32,000 nucleotides of DNA from Alkanindiges illinoisensis DSM 15370 (GCF_000619845.1 NZ_JHUX01000003.1:248054-280053), one strand, 5' to 3'; counted from the stretch's first letter, positions 18,571 to 28,428 are shown. Notes: generated by a model not told the origin, from the sequence alone. Made by a program: numbers and translations.

Positions 18571-19293
18571 ATGAGCATTTTACTGGGTGTTAATATTGAT
18601 CATGTCGCCACGTTGAGAAAGGCGCGGGGAACCATTTATCCTGATCCGGTCAAAGCAGCCTTGCTGTGTGAGGAAGCCGGTGCCGATGGAATTACCCTGC
18701 ATTTGCGCGAAGACCGCCGTCATATTCAGGATAATGATGTAGTTCGGATGCGTCCATTGCTTAAAACCCGCATGAATCTGGAAATTGCCGTGACTGATTT
18801 TATGCTGGATTTTGCCTGTCAGATCCGGCCACAGCATGTGTGTCTGGTACCTGAAAAGCGTGAAGAACTGACTACCGAAGGTGGACTTGATGTCGCCGGG
18901 CAAATCCAGAAAATCAAGGCAGCAACCCGTAAACTCACGCAGGCAGGTTGTGAGGTTTCATTGTTTATTGACCCGGAACCTCGACAAATTGATGCGGCAA
19001 TTGAGTGCGGTGCGCCCACCATTGAACTGCATACCGGGGCTTATGCCGAAGCGGCGGGCACTGAGCTGGCATATGAGCTACAGCGCATTACCGATGCAGT
19101 AAACTATGCGGCCTCGCGCTTGATTGTAAATGCCGGGCATGGCCTGAATTTGCACAATGTAGCAGCCATTGCGCGCCTGCCGCATATTCATGAGTTAAAC
19201 ATCGGTCATGCCATTATTGCGGACAGTGTTTTTGTGGGCTTGCGTCAGGCAGTGCAGGATATGAAACAGGCCATTGCACAGGCCACGCAGTAG
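18571..19293 (+). CDS. pdxJ: Pyridoxine 5'-phosphate synthase
   Basis: [22 protein letters not shown]...[18 protein letters not shown] is near-identical in pattern to E. coli PdxJ. The ATG at 18571 is preceded by AAAGGTGG. Confidence 0.95.
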   Translation: MSILLGVNIDHVATLRKARGTIYPDPVKAALLCEEAGADGITLHLREDRRHIQDNDVVRMRPLLKTRMNLEIAVTDFMLDFACQIRPQHVCLVPEKREELTTEGGLDVAGQIQKIKAATRKLTQAGCEVSLFIDPEPRQIDAAIECGAPTIELHTGAYAEAAGTELAYELQRITDAVNYAASRLIVNAGHGLNLHNVAAIARLPHIHELNIGHAIIADSVFVGLRQAVQDMKQAIAQATQ

Positions 19294-19335
19294 GCGATTT
19301 CTTATTCATTTTTTGCAGTGTTAATGTGTTTCCTT

Positions 19336-19956
19336 ATGAGTTCTACTGACGTCTTATTACAACCTGTTCAGGCTTTTTTAGGCTGTGCGACACCGGAAAG
19401 CTGGCTGCAAGAAGCCTGCCTGCCTGCCAATATTCCGCTAATTATTCAGGATCATGCCAATTGTGAAAAAAAGGCGGCCAGCACGGCCATTAACCTCATG
19501 TTTCGCTATGGTTTTTATACGGACCTGCAGGTGAAGCTATCGCAACTGGTACGTGAGGAAATGCTGCATTACGAGCAGGTGCTCGACATCATGCAAAAAC
19601 GCGGGCAGGCGTGGCAGGCCATTCCGGCAGGACGTTATGCGGGTGGTTTGCGCAAGGAAATTAAAACCTATGAACCACAGGCGCTGGTTGATGTGCTCAT
19701 TGTGGGGGCATTTGTGGAAGCACGTTCCTGTGAACGTTTTGCTGCACTAGCATCCTATGTGGATGATGAACTGGCAAGATTTTATAAATATTTGCTGAAG
19801 TCTGAATCACGCCACTTTGAGGATTATCTGAATCTGGCACAATCCATCAGCAAGGAAGATATCACCGCTCGGGTAGAAACCTTTCGTCAGCTTGAAGCCG
19901 AGCTGATTAGCACATCGGATACCGAGCTACGTTTTCATAGCGGTATCCCAGCCTGA
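19336..19956 (+). CDS. miaE: tRNA-(ms2io6A37)-hydroxylase, diiron family
   Basis: FLGCATPESW, DHANCEKKAA, EEMLHYEQV, GAFVEARSCERFAALA, SESRHFEDYL and the ending ELRFHSGIPA align collinearly with Salmonella MiaE. Confidence 0.9.
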   Translation: MSSTDVLLQPVQAFLGCATPESWLQEACLPANIPLIIQDHANCEKKAASTAINLMFRYGFYTDLQVKLSQLVREEMLHYEQVLDIMQKRGQAWQAIPAGRYAGGLRKEIKTYEPQALVDVLIVGAFVEARSCERFAALASYVDDELARFYKYLLKSESRHFEDYLNLAQSISKEDITARVETFRQLEAELISTSDTELRFHSGIPA

Positions 19957-19970
19957 TATAAATAGACCGC

Positions 19971-21350
19971 ATGAAGAACAAACAGGAAAAGCCGATGGTC
20001 AGAAGCAGGACAACGTCCATAACGGTGTTGCCAAATGCCAGTGCGGTCAACCTGATTTTTTATGGCACACCGGGTACCGGTAAAACCTGGCAGTTGCAGC
20101 AATTGCAGCAGCAATACACCGAGCAGCTGGCACAACAGAATCATGACACCTTTCTCACTGAGAAAATACGTGAGTTAAGCTGGCGCGAAGTGATTTGTCT
20201 GGTGTTTCTGGAAGAAAAGCGCCTGCTGCGTGTGCCGGAAATTTTGAATCATCCTTTAATGCGCTGTAAAGTGCAGCTCACCAATCGCAAGGAAAACATC
20301 AGCCAGACCATCTGGGGCACACTGATGCGGCACAGTGCGCTGGATTCCAGTACTGTTAAATATAATCCTGATAAACGCTCAAGCCTGGCATTGTTCGATA
20401 AGGACGAAGCAGGCTTGTGGTTTTTGTTGCCCAGTGCCAGTGATGATATTGCCCATCTGGCAAAACTGCTAAAAATTATTGAACATGGCGCGCAAGCTGC
20501 TGAGGTCATTCAGCGCTATAGTTTTGTCACCTTTCATCAATCCTATAGCTATGAGGATTTTGTAGAGGGTTTGCGTCCGGTACTGGATGACGATGAAAAC
20601 GGCCAGATTCGTTATGAAATCCGGCGTGGCATTTTTGTAGAACTGTGCGAACGCGCCCGGCTTGATCCAGCGCATCCGTATGCCTTGTTTATTGATGAAA
20701 TCAACCGGGGCAATGTATCCAAAATTTTTGGCGAGCTGATTAGCCTGATTGAACTGGACAAGCGACAGGGCAGGACAAATAGCCTGGAAGTGGTTTTACC
20801 CTATTCGCACAGTAAATTTAGTGTGCCTCCCAATGTCAGTATCTATGCTAGCATGAATACGGCTGACCGTTCCTTAAGCCCTATAGATATTGCCCTGCGT
20901 CGGCGTTTCCAGTTTGTGGAAATGCAGCCAAATTATGAACTATTAGAGCAAGCAGTGCAGGGTAAGCCGGTAAACAGTGATCTTGCAGGGCTGGATTTAA
21001 GTCAGTTGCTGCAAAGTATTAATGCACGGATTGAGTTGCTTATAGGGCGGGATTATCTACTGGGGCATGCATTTTTTTGTGCAGTAGAAGGTTTTGCTGA
21101 CTTACAGGCAGTTATGCAACACAAAATTATTCCGCTATTGCAGGAGTATTTCTTTGATGACTGGCAAAAAATCCGGTTAGTGCTGAACGATCATCGTAAG
21201 CCTGTCGACTTGCAGTTTATTCAACTGGGCAATAGCGAACAGCAGGCCATAGCACTATTTGGAGAGATGCCGGATGTGCCTTTGCAAACTAGTTATACCA
21301 TCAATAAAGCGGCCTTTACACAAATTCAGGCCTATCAACTCATATGCTAA
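19971..21350 (+). CDS. McrB-family AAA+ GTPase subunit, atypical: no N-terminal reader domain and a roughly 125-aa insertion after Walker A
   Basis: Walker A GTPGTGKT (20064-20087), FHQSYSYEDFVEG, Walker B plus McrB signature LFIDEINRGNVSKIFGELISLIE, MNTADRS, and ALRRRFQF. In E. coli McrB, about 23 residues separate GKT from FHQSYSYEDF; here 148 do. An alternative start at ATG 19995 has a better RBS (AGGAAA). Confidence 0.85.
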   Translation: MKNKQEKPMVRSRTTSITVLPNASAVNLIFYGTPGTGKTWQLQQLQQQYTEQLAQQNHDTFLTEKIRELSWREVICLVFLEEKRLLRVPEILNHPLMRCKVQLTNRKENISQTIWGTLMRHSALDSSTVKYNPDKRSSLALFDKDEAGLWFLLPSASDDIAHLAKLLKIIEHGAQAAEVIQRYSFVTFHQSYSYEDFVEGLRPVLDDDENGQIRYEIRRGIFVELCERARLDPAHPYALFIDEINRGNVSKIFGELISLIELDKRQGRTNSLEVVLPYSHSKFSVPPNVSIYASMNTADRSLSPIDIALRRRFQFVEMQPNYELLEQAVQGKPVNSDLAGLDLSQLLQSINARIELLIGRDYLLGHAFFCAVEGFADLQAVMQHKIIPLLQEYFFDDWQKIRLVLNDHRKPVDLQFIQLGNSEQQAIALFGEMPDVPLQTSYTINKAAFTQIQAYQLIC

Positions 21351-22645
21351 ACCAGCATATCGTATGCTTTGAGCATGAACAGTTATATCCAGCCGATAGT
21401 CCTGTAAAACCAGCATCTGGTTTACGGGAAATTCCGCAAGCGCTGTTTGATGAACTGTTTAACCATACATTAGCGCAGCCGCAAGTTTGGCTGGTACGTG
21501 ACTGGCATGGCAAGCAAGCCGTTTTAAAAACCCGGCAATACGTTGGTGTGATACAGGGCAATTGTGGGCATGTGCTGGAAATTTTGCCCAAGACCGGTAA
21601 GGCTGGGCATGCACCAGATGAGATGCGCCTGATGTTGCTACACATGCTGCAAGCCTTGCCAGACATGCCATTTAAGGTTTTACCCCGACAGGCGCTGGTG
21701 CAACTGGCCAAAATGCCCTTACTGGAACTATTCATTCAGCAGGCGTTGACTGGCATTCTGAGTGTATTGCAGCATGGTTTAAAACAGCATTATCGAATTC
21801 AGCAGGATAATCTGGCGGTACTGCGTGGACGCTTACTGGTACAGCAGCAAGTCCGGCATAACCATAGTGATCAGGCGCGTTTTTTTAGTGAGCATGAGGA
21901 ATATCAGGCCAATTGTGCAGAAAACCGGATTTTACGGCTGGCATTAAATATTATTTTGCGCATTAGCCATACCGCCAATCATCAGCATTTGGCACAAGCC
22001 TGTATACAGCGCATGGCACATATTCCAGCATCTGGCCAGCCGGAGCAGGACTTCAAGGCAGTGCGGCTGGATCGAAATACCCAGTATTATAGCAGTGCGC
22101 TGCAATGGGCAAGGCTGATCATTAGCGGATTTAGTCCCACGATTGCACAGGGTCCGCAGCCAGCGTTTAGCTTGTTGTTTGACATGAACAAGCTGTTTGA
22201 AAACATGGTGGCCTGTCAGCTTAAAAAGCAGTTACCCCTAGGTTGGCAGCTTAAAAAACAGCAAAAGACCGCGGCCTTGTTGCAGGTTAATAACCAGCCT
22301 CAGCAAAAACTGCAACCCGACCTGTTGGTGCTGGATGAGCAGCAGCCAATTGCCGTGCTGGACAGTAAATGGAAAAACAAAAACGGAACCACCTTTAGCC
22401 AGCTTAAGCCGGATGAGCATGAGCTGTACCAGATGTTTGCCTACGCGGCCGCCTATTTACCAAAGGGTGGCAGCGTTTGTCTGGTTTATCCTAAAACTGC
22501 ACAATTTAGCCGGTCAGTCGAGCAAGCCATGTTTCAGCACATTCGCGATGCCGAGGTGCACTTGTGGCTGCTGCCATTTTGCCTGCAACGGTTTGAACTG
22601 GTTGATGCGCCTTTCTTATTGTCAGCAACAACGAATCAACATTAA
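21344..22645 (+). CDS. McrC-family nuclease subunit (PD-(D/E)xK)
   Basis: The start ATG overlaps the McrB-like stop (ATGCTAA). C-terminal LQPD (22316-22321) ... AVLDSKWK (DSK at 22361-22369) ... ELYQMFAYA is the McrC-type PD..DxK nuclease core. Confidence 0.8.
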   Translation: MLNQHIVCFEHEQLYPADSPVKPASGLREIPQALFDELFNHTLAQPQVWLVRDWHGKQAVLKTRQYVGVIQGNCGHVLEILPKTGKAGHAPDEMRLMLLHMLQALPDMPFKVLPRQALVQLAKMPLLELFIQQALTGILSVLQHGLKQHYRIQQDNLAVLRGRLLVQQQVRHNHSDQARFFSEHEEYQANCAENRILRLALNIILRISHTANHQHLAQACIQRMAHIPASGQPEQDFKAVRLDRNTQYYSSALQWARLIISGFSPTIAQGPQPAFSLLFDMNKLFENMVACQLKKQLPLGWQLKKQQKTAALLQVNNQPQQKLQPDLLVLDEQQPIAVLDSKWKNKNGTTFSQLKPDEHELYQMFAYAAAYLPKGGSVCLVYPKTAQFSRSVEQAMFQHIRDAEVHLWLLPFCLQRFELVDAPFLLSATTNQH

Positions 22646-22723
22646 AACTAAACCATTCGGCCTGTAAAAAGTCCCCCATACTGGAGGACATTTATTTTTA
22701 CTAAAACTCAATCAAAGCACGGG

Positions 22724-23977
22724 TTATTCCAGAAAACGAACGGTAACACCCGGTTTAACCCGTTTGGACAATGCATTGGCATCCCAGTTAGTCAGGCGGA
22801 TACAACCGTGAGAAGCGGTCTTGGAAATTAGTGACGGCTCAGGTGTGCCATGAATACCAAAGGATGGCTTGGACAAGGCAATCCACATATTACCCACTGG
22901 ATTGTTTGGACCCGGTGGCAGGGACAGCGGTTTCATGTTTTTGCCCTGTATAAAGTTTTTTGGGTTATAGCCATACCACGGATTTGGTGCAACGGCTTTC
23001 ACCTGATAAGTGCCTTTTGGCGAAGGTGTATCAGTACTGCCAATCGTGGCTGGATAAGTTGCTACCATTTTATTATTGCTGTCAAAGGCATAGACCTGTT
23101 TTGCGCCTTTATGGGCAATGATTAGCGATACCGGATCACTTAAATCTTCACGGGTATTGGTAACAATGATGGTTTCACCGGCTTTGGCAAAAGTTGCTTC
23201 CGGATTTAGTTTCTTCAGGAAGTTTTCATCCATGTGAAAACGCTCGCCCAGCATTTCAGTCACGCGCGTGTAGTAAAGCCCTTTCATTTTGGCCTGTTCA
23301 GCATAATCATGTGGAATAGATGTCGCATAAGGGCCATCTATATCCTGCTGGGTGAGAGTGTAGCTTTGGAAAACGTCATTGGTTTGGCCAGCACTCAGCA
23401 AATCCCAGGTCTGGGTATCCAGCAGGCCAGTGGCGGTCAGGCCATTCATGACCTGAAATGCAGAAATGGCCTTGAGCATGTTTTTGCCGGAAATCCCATC
23501 AATGACACCGGGTGAGGCATGATGACGGTTTAGCAAAACCTGTGCCTTGGCATATTCAACAAACTGCCCTTTACCCAGATCACTGACCCAATTGGCGTTG
23601 TTTAGGCCATCCAGTGTCCAGTTCTGTGCTGATTTTTCCTGCGTGGACGTTTTACTGCTGTCATCAGAAGCAGCCGGATTCTCAGGCAGGGTTTCTACTA
23701 CCGCCTGAGCCTTTTCCAGAGCGCGCTCGGTTTGGGGCGTAACAGGCTTGCTGGTATCAGGCTCATTGTCTGATTGCGTGTTAATGTCAGACATCTGATT
23801 AACAATGGTTGGCTTCAGGCTTTGTTCGTCTGCCTGATTTGCTTCGGATGTGTTCTGAGCAGTGGTCTTGTTAGAAGCAGCAGTTACAGATTTATCGGTG
23901 TTATCTTCTGCTGAAAATGCGGGTTGAGTTAAACATAATGCAAGCGCAATTGTTAAGGCCGAGCGAGCAAACATCAT
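22724..23977 (-). CDS. Secreted L,D-transpeptidase (YkuD domain) with a PG-binding domain and a low-complexity N-terminal linker
   Basis: Signal peptide MMFARSALTIALALCLTQPAFSA. Active site HGTPEPSLISKTASHGCIRLTNWDA. A PG_binding-like segment GVIDGISGKNMLKAISAFQ..NGLTATGLLD. Confidence 0.88.
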   Translation of the reverse strand: MMFARSALTIALALCLTQPAFSAEDNTDKSVTAASNKTTAQNTSEANQADEQSLKPTIVNQMSDINTQSDNEPDTSKPVTPQTERALEKAQAVVETLPENPAASDDSSKTSTQEKSAQNWTLDGLNNANWVSDLGKGQFVEYAKAQVLLNRHHASPGVIDGISGKNMLKAISAFQVMNGLTATGLLDTQTWDLLSAGQTNDVFQSYTLTQQDIDGPYATSIPHDYAEQAKMKGLYYTRVTEMLGERFHMDENFLKKLNPEATFAKAGETIIVTNTREDLSDPVSLIIAHKGAKQVYAFDSNNKMVATYPATIGSTDTPSPKGTYQVKAVAPNPWYGYNPKNFIQGKNMKPLSLPPGPNNPVGNMWIALSKPSFGIHGTPEPSLISKTASHGCIRLTNWDANALSKRVKPGVTVRFLE

Positions 23978-24190
23978 AATTTTCCTAAAATATGTAACTT
24001 TCTATGTAGTGACCTAGTATGACAAAACCTGCAACAGTTTGCAGTGAGCAACTGTAAATATATGCAGGTTTCCTGCGACTTAGGCCTGCATTTAAATACA
24101 AAGCAAAATTATTAATTTAAGCGTCAGTTTGTTATGATTTGCCACCTGTTTTAGCCTGCCAATTAAGAAGCTACCGTGAGGAATCCTTCA

Positions 24191-25273
24191 ATGATGCCAC
24201 TCAAAAATGATCGTTTCCTGCGAGCGCTACTCCGTGAACCTGTGGACTGTACGCCAGTTTGGATGATGCGTCAGGCAGGCCGTTATTTGCCGGAATACAA
24301 GGCCACCCGCGCACAAGCCGGGGATTTTTTAAGCCTGTGCAAGAATACTGATCTGGCCTGTGAAGTGACCCTGCAACCCTTGCGTCGTTATGCACTAGAT
24401 GCAGCAATCCTGTTTTCTGATATTTTAACCATTCCCGATGCTATGGGACTGGGCCTGTACTTTGAAGTGGGTGAAGGACCAAAATTTAAAAAAACCGTAC
24501 GTACTGAAGCGGATATTGCCCAGCTTGAATGGACTAATCCGGAAATTTCACTGGATTATGTGATGAATGCCGTAAAAGCGATTCGCTCGGCGTTGGGAGG
24601 TCAGGTGCCGCTCATTGGTTTTTCCGGCAGTCCGTGGACACTGGCAACCTATATGATTGAAGGCGGCAGTAGTCGGGAGTTCCAGCACAGCAAAACCATG
24701 CTGTATCAATCTCCGGAATTGTTGCATGCCTTACTGGACAAGCTGGCCATTGCCGTGACCGAATATTTGAATGCACAGATTCGTGCAGGCGCACAGGCAG
24801 TACAGATTTTTGATAGTTGGGGCGGGGCACTGGCACATCGGGACTATGTGGAATTTTCCCTCAATTATATGCAAAAAATCGTGCAGGGCTTGATTAAGGA
24901 ACATGAAGGCCGCCGTGTGCCAGTCATCTTGTTTACTAAAGGCGGCGGACAATGGATACCACAAATGCTGGACAGTGGCGCAGATGCACTGGGGCTGGAC
25001 TGGACTACCCATTTAAGTATTGCGCGCCAGACAGTTCAGGGCAAAGTGGCTTTACAGGGTAACCTTGACCCTAATACCTTGTATGGTTCTCCTGAACGTA
25101 TCCGTGCTGCGGTAAAAGCCATGCTACAGGATGCCTATGCGGATGGTATTCATACGGGTTATGTGGCGAATCTGGGGCATGGCATTACCCAATGGGTCAA
25201 TCCAGACCATGCTGGCGTGTTTGTTGATGCCGTGCATGAATTTAGCAACCAGATTTTTCAATCCAGCCTGTAA
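24191..25273 (+). CDS. hemE: Uroporphyrinogen decarboxylase
   Basis: [43 protein letters not shown] is nearly identical to E. coli HemE, and the similarity runs the full length. GAGGA lies 8 nt upstream of the ATG at 24191. Confidence 0.96.
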   Translation: MMPLKNDRFLRALLREPVDCTPVWMMRQAGRYLPEYKATRAQAGDFLSLCKNTDLACEVTLQPLRRYALDAAILFSDILTIPDAMGLGLYFEVGEGPKFKKTVRTEADIAQLEWTNPEISLDYVMNAVKAIRSALGGQVPLIGFSGSPWTLATYMIEGGSSREFQHSKTMLYQSPELLHALLDKLAIAVTEYLNAQIRAGAQAVQIFDSWGGALAHRDYVEFSLNYMQKIVQGLIKEHEGRRVPVILFTKGGGQWIPQMLDSGADALGLDWTTHLSIARQTVQGKVALQGNLDPNTLYGSPERIRAAVKAMLQDAYADGIHTGYVANLGHGITQWVNPDHAGVFVDAVHEFSNQIFQSSL

Positions 25274-25282
25274 GTTTTTGCC

Positions 25283-26080
25283 GTGTTAAAAAGCTTAGTG
25301 AAAGGCAGCATACTGGGTTTGTATGCTGCCTTGTTTGGCATCCTGCTGCTGCTGGCCTTTGTCATTACTCATCAAATGACTCATTATATAAGCTGGCCGA
25401 TTGCCGGGGTTTATCGCTACGATGCCTTGCTGGCCTATGCCTTGCTCATTCAGGTATTTCTGGTGTATTACAAGCTGGAAACGCCGCGTGAAGCCTGGGT
25501 GATTGCCATTTTTCATGCCATGGCCATGCTGATGGAGCTTTTTCTAACCCATCCGAAAATTGGATCATGGCATTATCCGGAACAAGCTATTTTCAGAATT
25601 GCCAATGTGCCGCTGTTTGCCGGATTTATGTATTCGGCAGTGGGGAGTTTTCTGGCGCGTAGCCTGCGTTTATATCAGGCGTCTTTTGTTCATTTGCCCC
25701 GTTTAAAATGGCTGGGTTTGCTGGCTGTATTGTCGTACGCTAATTTTTTTACCAAGTTTTTTATTCCGGATATCCGTAATATCCTGTTTGCAGCTTCGGT
25801 TATTTTATTTTTCAAAACCCGGCTGTTATTTTCAATTGATAAAAAGCAGTATCAGCTACCGTTTTTACCGCTGTTGCTGGGTTTGGCCTTCATCGTCTGG
25901 CTGTCTGAAAACATTGCCACTTTTGCCAACATCTGGCGTTACCCGTCGCAGGCCGACATATGGCATATGGTGGGCTGGGGCAAGCTGGGTTCGTGGTATT
26001 TGCTGCTGACCTTAAGTCTGGTACTGGTGTTGGCGGTAATGGGCAAGCGTGATGACGCCGGAAACTGGCGCCTGCACTGA
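25283..26080 (+). CDS. Multi-pass inner membrane protein, possibly DUF817 family
   Basis: About 7-8 hydrophobic segments. The motifs GSWHYPE, VPLFAGFMYSAVGSF and GKLGSWYLL fit my recollection of DUF817. The family call is unverified. Confidence 0.45.
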   Translation: MLKSLVKGSILGLYAALFGILLLLAFVITHQMTHYISWPIAGVYRYDALLAYALLIQVFLVYYKLETPREAWVIAIFHAMAMLMELFLTHPKIGSWHYPEQAIFRIANVPLFAGFMYSAVGSFLARSLRLYQASFVHLPRLKWLGLLAVLSYANFFTKFFIPDIRNILFAASVILFFKTRLLFSIDKKQYQLPFLPLLLGLAFIVWLSENIATFANIWRYPSQADIWHMVGWGKLGSWYLLLTLSLVLVLAVMGKRDDAGNWRLH

Positions 26081-26105
26081 TTTACTGATGGGATTAATTG
26101 CATTT

Positions 26106-26726
26106 TTAACGCATGCCACCAATTTGAAGATCATTGTCCTTGACGCTAATGAACTGCGTATTACTGATCGGATATAAATGAAGCTGTTGCTGGTATTTAT
26201 TTAATGTTTGTTCAGCAGTTTCCTTAAATGGCGGATTGCCATAATGCGGAAGCGGATAAAAATCCACCATATTTAAAGCTATATAATCTGTCAGTAGCGG
26301 TGCTTTATCTTTTTCATCCATCAAGCCAATATATTCAATATTGGGTGCTACAATCACACTGCCCGCTGATGTCCCAATATAAGGCTTGCCCTGTTGTATT
26401 TGCTGGATAATTAGCTGGTCAGCACCTGATTCTTTTAGCATGTGTAACAGGTAAAAAGTGTTGCCACCACCGATAAAAATATAATCATTTGAAGTGATTT
26501 TTTGCTGTATTAATGTGGGTGTAGCTTCGGCAACATCCAGTTCATCGACCTTAATGCCTAGTGCCTCAAAGGCTTTTTTATCGTTTTGCATGTAATGATT
26601 AATGTCTTCCAGATTGCTGGCTGTGGGAATAAACGTAACCGTTTTGCCCTGGATATTCTCGCCAATAAATTGACTAAAGTACTGGCTGACATCCGCAAAG
26701 GAAGAGGCTAAAAATAACTTTTTCAT
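26106..26726 (-). CDS. Peptidase S51 family (dipeptidase E-like)
   Basis: IFIGGGNTFYLLHMLKESG and YIGTSAGSVIVAPNI (nucleophile Ser context) are the S51 hallmarks. Confidence 0.75.
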   Translation of the reverse strand: MKKLFLASSFADVSQYFSQFIGENIQGKTVTFIPTASNLEDINHYMQNDKKAFEALGIKVDELDVAEATPTLIQQKITSNDYIFIGGGNTFYLLHMLKESGADQLIIQQIQQGKPYIGTSAGSVIVAPNIEYIGLMDEKDKAPLLTDYIALNMVDFYPLPHYGNPPFKETAEQTLNKYQQQLHLYPISNTQFISVKDNDLQIGGMR

Positions 26727-27017
26727 AGTGACCTGCCATCTAGAAGTAATTTTTATGATGAAGCTATGCTATTAAAAACCTGCTTTAGATCTGTTGAGGT
26801 TATGTAGTAACTGAAAAGAATTTACCCAGCATGACTTTATTATCGAAATATTCTAAAGCCAGCATTTGATTAGTTTATAATTTTTGATTGGGTAGAATTA
26901 TCAAGAATTTTTACTTATCCAGCCAGGATAAAATCATGATAAAAGTTCATATCACCTGAGCATTTCTTACTGCTAACTCTTAAACGACCATCAAACCAAC
27001 AAACGAAAGATTTTTAT

Positions 27018-27743
27018 AATGAATAAAATACTCGCGCCACATTTACAGACCGAACTCAATGAATTTGGGCAACCTGTTGGGCAACTGCTTGAAAGCTGGC
27101 AAGGCGCCACCAAGCCACCACGCAACTATTAACTGGACAGCATAGCCAGCTTGTTCCCCTTGGTTTTTCGCAACATGCCGAAGTGTTATGGGCTTTAATT
27201 AATCAGGAGCCGGATGCGTCCTGCTGGACTTATTTACCGTATGGCCCATTTGCAACACAGCTTATCTTTAATCACTGGCTACAGGGCATTCTGGCTGAAG
27301 ATTTATTGTTATATGGAATTTTTACAGGTGAGCAGATTCAGGGCTGGTGTGCCTTGATGCGGGCAGATACTAGGGCGGGCAGTATAGAAATTGGCCATGT
27401 GTATTATTCTGCAAGCCTGCGCCGGACACTGGCTGCTACCGAAGTGATGTGCTTATTGCTAAAGCAGATATTTACGCTGGGTTATCGCCGCTGTGAGTGG
27501 AAATGCAATAGTTTAAATGAGCCATCCAGACAGGCTGCTTTAAGGTTGGTTTTCCAGCACGAAGGACTATTTCGTCAGGCAACGGTTGTTAAAGGGCATA
27601 ATCGCAATACGGACTGGTTTTCCATGCTGGACAGCGAATGGCCGCAGCAGCACAAGGCGATGCAGCACTGGTTAAGCCCAGCTAACTTTGATGAGGCTGG
27701 CCAGCAGCGATTGAGCTTGCAGCAGTGTCGGGAAGCGTTATAG
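27018..27743 (+). pseudogene. GNAT (Acetyltransf_3-type) N-acetyltransferase gene disrupted by frameshift(s)
   Basis: The intact C-terminal ORF (27183-27743) starts mid-domain. The expected N-terminus is split across frames. MNKILAPHLQTELN (from 27018) is in the same frame as the C-terminus. EFGQPVGQLLESWQGATKPPR is in the +1 frame and ends at TAA 27130. QLLTGQHSQLVPLGFSQHAE is back in the original frame. The original frame carries TGA at 27090. Confidence 0.55.
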
Positions 27744-27744
27744 C

Positions 27745-28302
27745 CTAAATATTCTCATTGGGTACAGCCATCAAAAATTCCTGCCGCGCCTGTGTATTGG
27801 TGGTAAATTCACCCAGCATGGATACACTGCGGGTGCTGGAATGCTGCTTTTGCACGCCACGCATCATCATGCACATATGCGCCGCATCCATGACCACCGC
27901 TGCACCGCGCGCGCCTGTCGCATCCATCACAGCCTGTGCAATTTGCTGGGTCAGGTTTTCCTGAATCTGCAAACGGCGTGAATACATATCTACAATCCGG
28001 GCAAACTTGGACAAACCCAGCACATGGCCATTGGGTAAATAGGCAATATGCGCCTGACCCATAAATGGCAATAAATGGTGTTCACACAGGGAATAAAACT
28101 CAATGCCCTTAACCAGAACCATTTCTCGATTGGTAGAGGGAAATACCGCATTATTGGTGACTTCATCCAGCGATTGGTGATAACCATGCGTCAGGAACGA
28201 AAATGCCTTGGCAGCACGGGCAGGGGTGTCAAGCAGTCCCGGACGTTCTAAATCTTCACCAATTGCAGAAATGATATTGGCATAAGATTGTTGCATAGTC
28301 AT
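27745..28302 (-). CDS. folE: GTP cyclohydrolase I (FolE type 1)
   Basis: [35 protein letters not shown] and HMCMMMRGV are the FolE signatures. Confidence 0.95.
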   Translation of the reverse strand: MTMQQSYANIISAIGEDLERPGLLDTPARAAKAFSFLTHGYHQSLDEVTNNAVFPSTNREMVLVKGIEFYSLCEHHLLPFMGQAHIAYLPNGHVLGLSKFARIVDMYSRRLQIQENLTQQIAQAVMDATGARGAAVVMDAAHMCMMMRGVQKQHSSTRSVSMLGEFTTNTQARQEFLMAVPNENI

Positions 28303-28428
28303 TGTGTCAGTTCACCTAATTTGGCAGAAAAGCAGTCTTGTCAGAAGCTGGGTCTGGCAGGAATCAAGTTTGGCCACAGTTTGTCTTGGTATTTGGCAGG
28401 ACGGGATTGGCCAGTATCGAGGGCGGTC

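Noticed and set aside
21340-21735. A 131-aa Cys-rich ORF on the minus strand overlapping the 5' part of the McrC-like gene. It could be mistaken for a small cysteine-rich effector.
   Set aside because: It lies entirely antisense to a well-supported coding region. It has no RBS or promoter of its own. Its Cys/Ser richness is what is expected from reading the Ala/Gln/Leu-rich sense codons backwards.
22335-22667. A 110-aa plus-strand ORF in an alternative frame over the 3' end of the McrC-like gene.
   Set aside because: It is an out-of-frame shadow of the McrC-like CDS, which carries the conserved nuclease motifs in its own frame. There is no independent start context.
27088-27092. In-frame TGA at 27090 in the GNAT gene, considered as selenocysteine or programmed read-through.
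   Set aside because: The conserved N-terminal sequence of this family is encoded in a different frame across this stretch. No SECIS-like hairpin follows. Frameshift decay explains it better.
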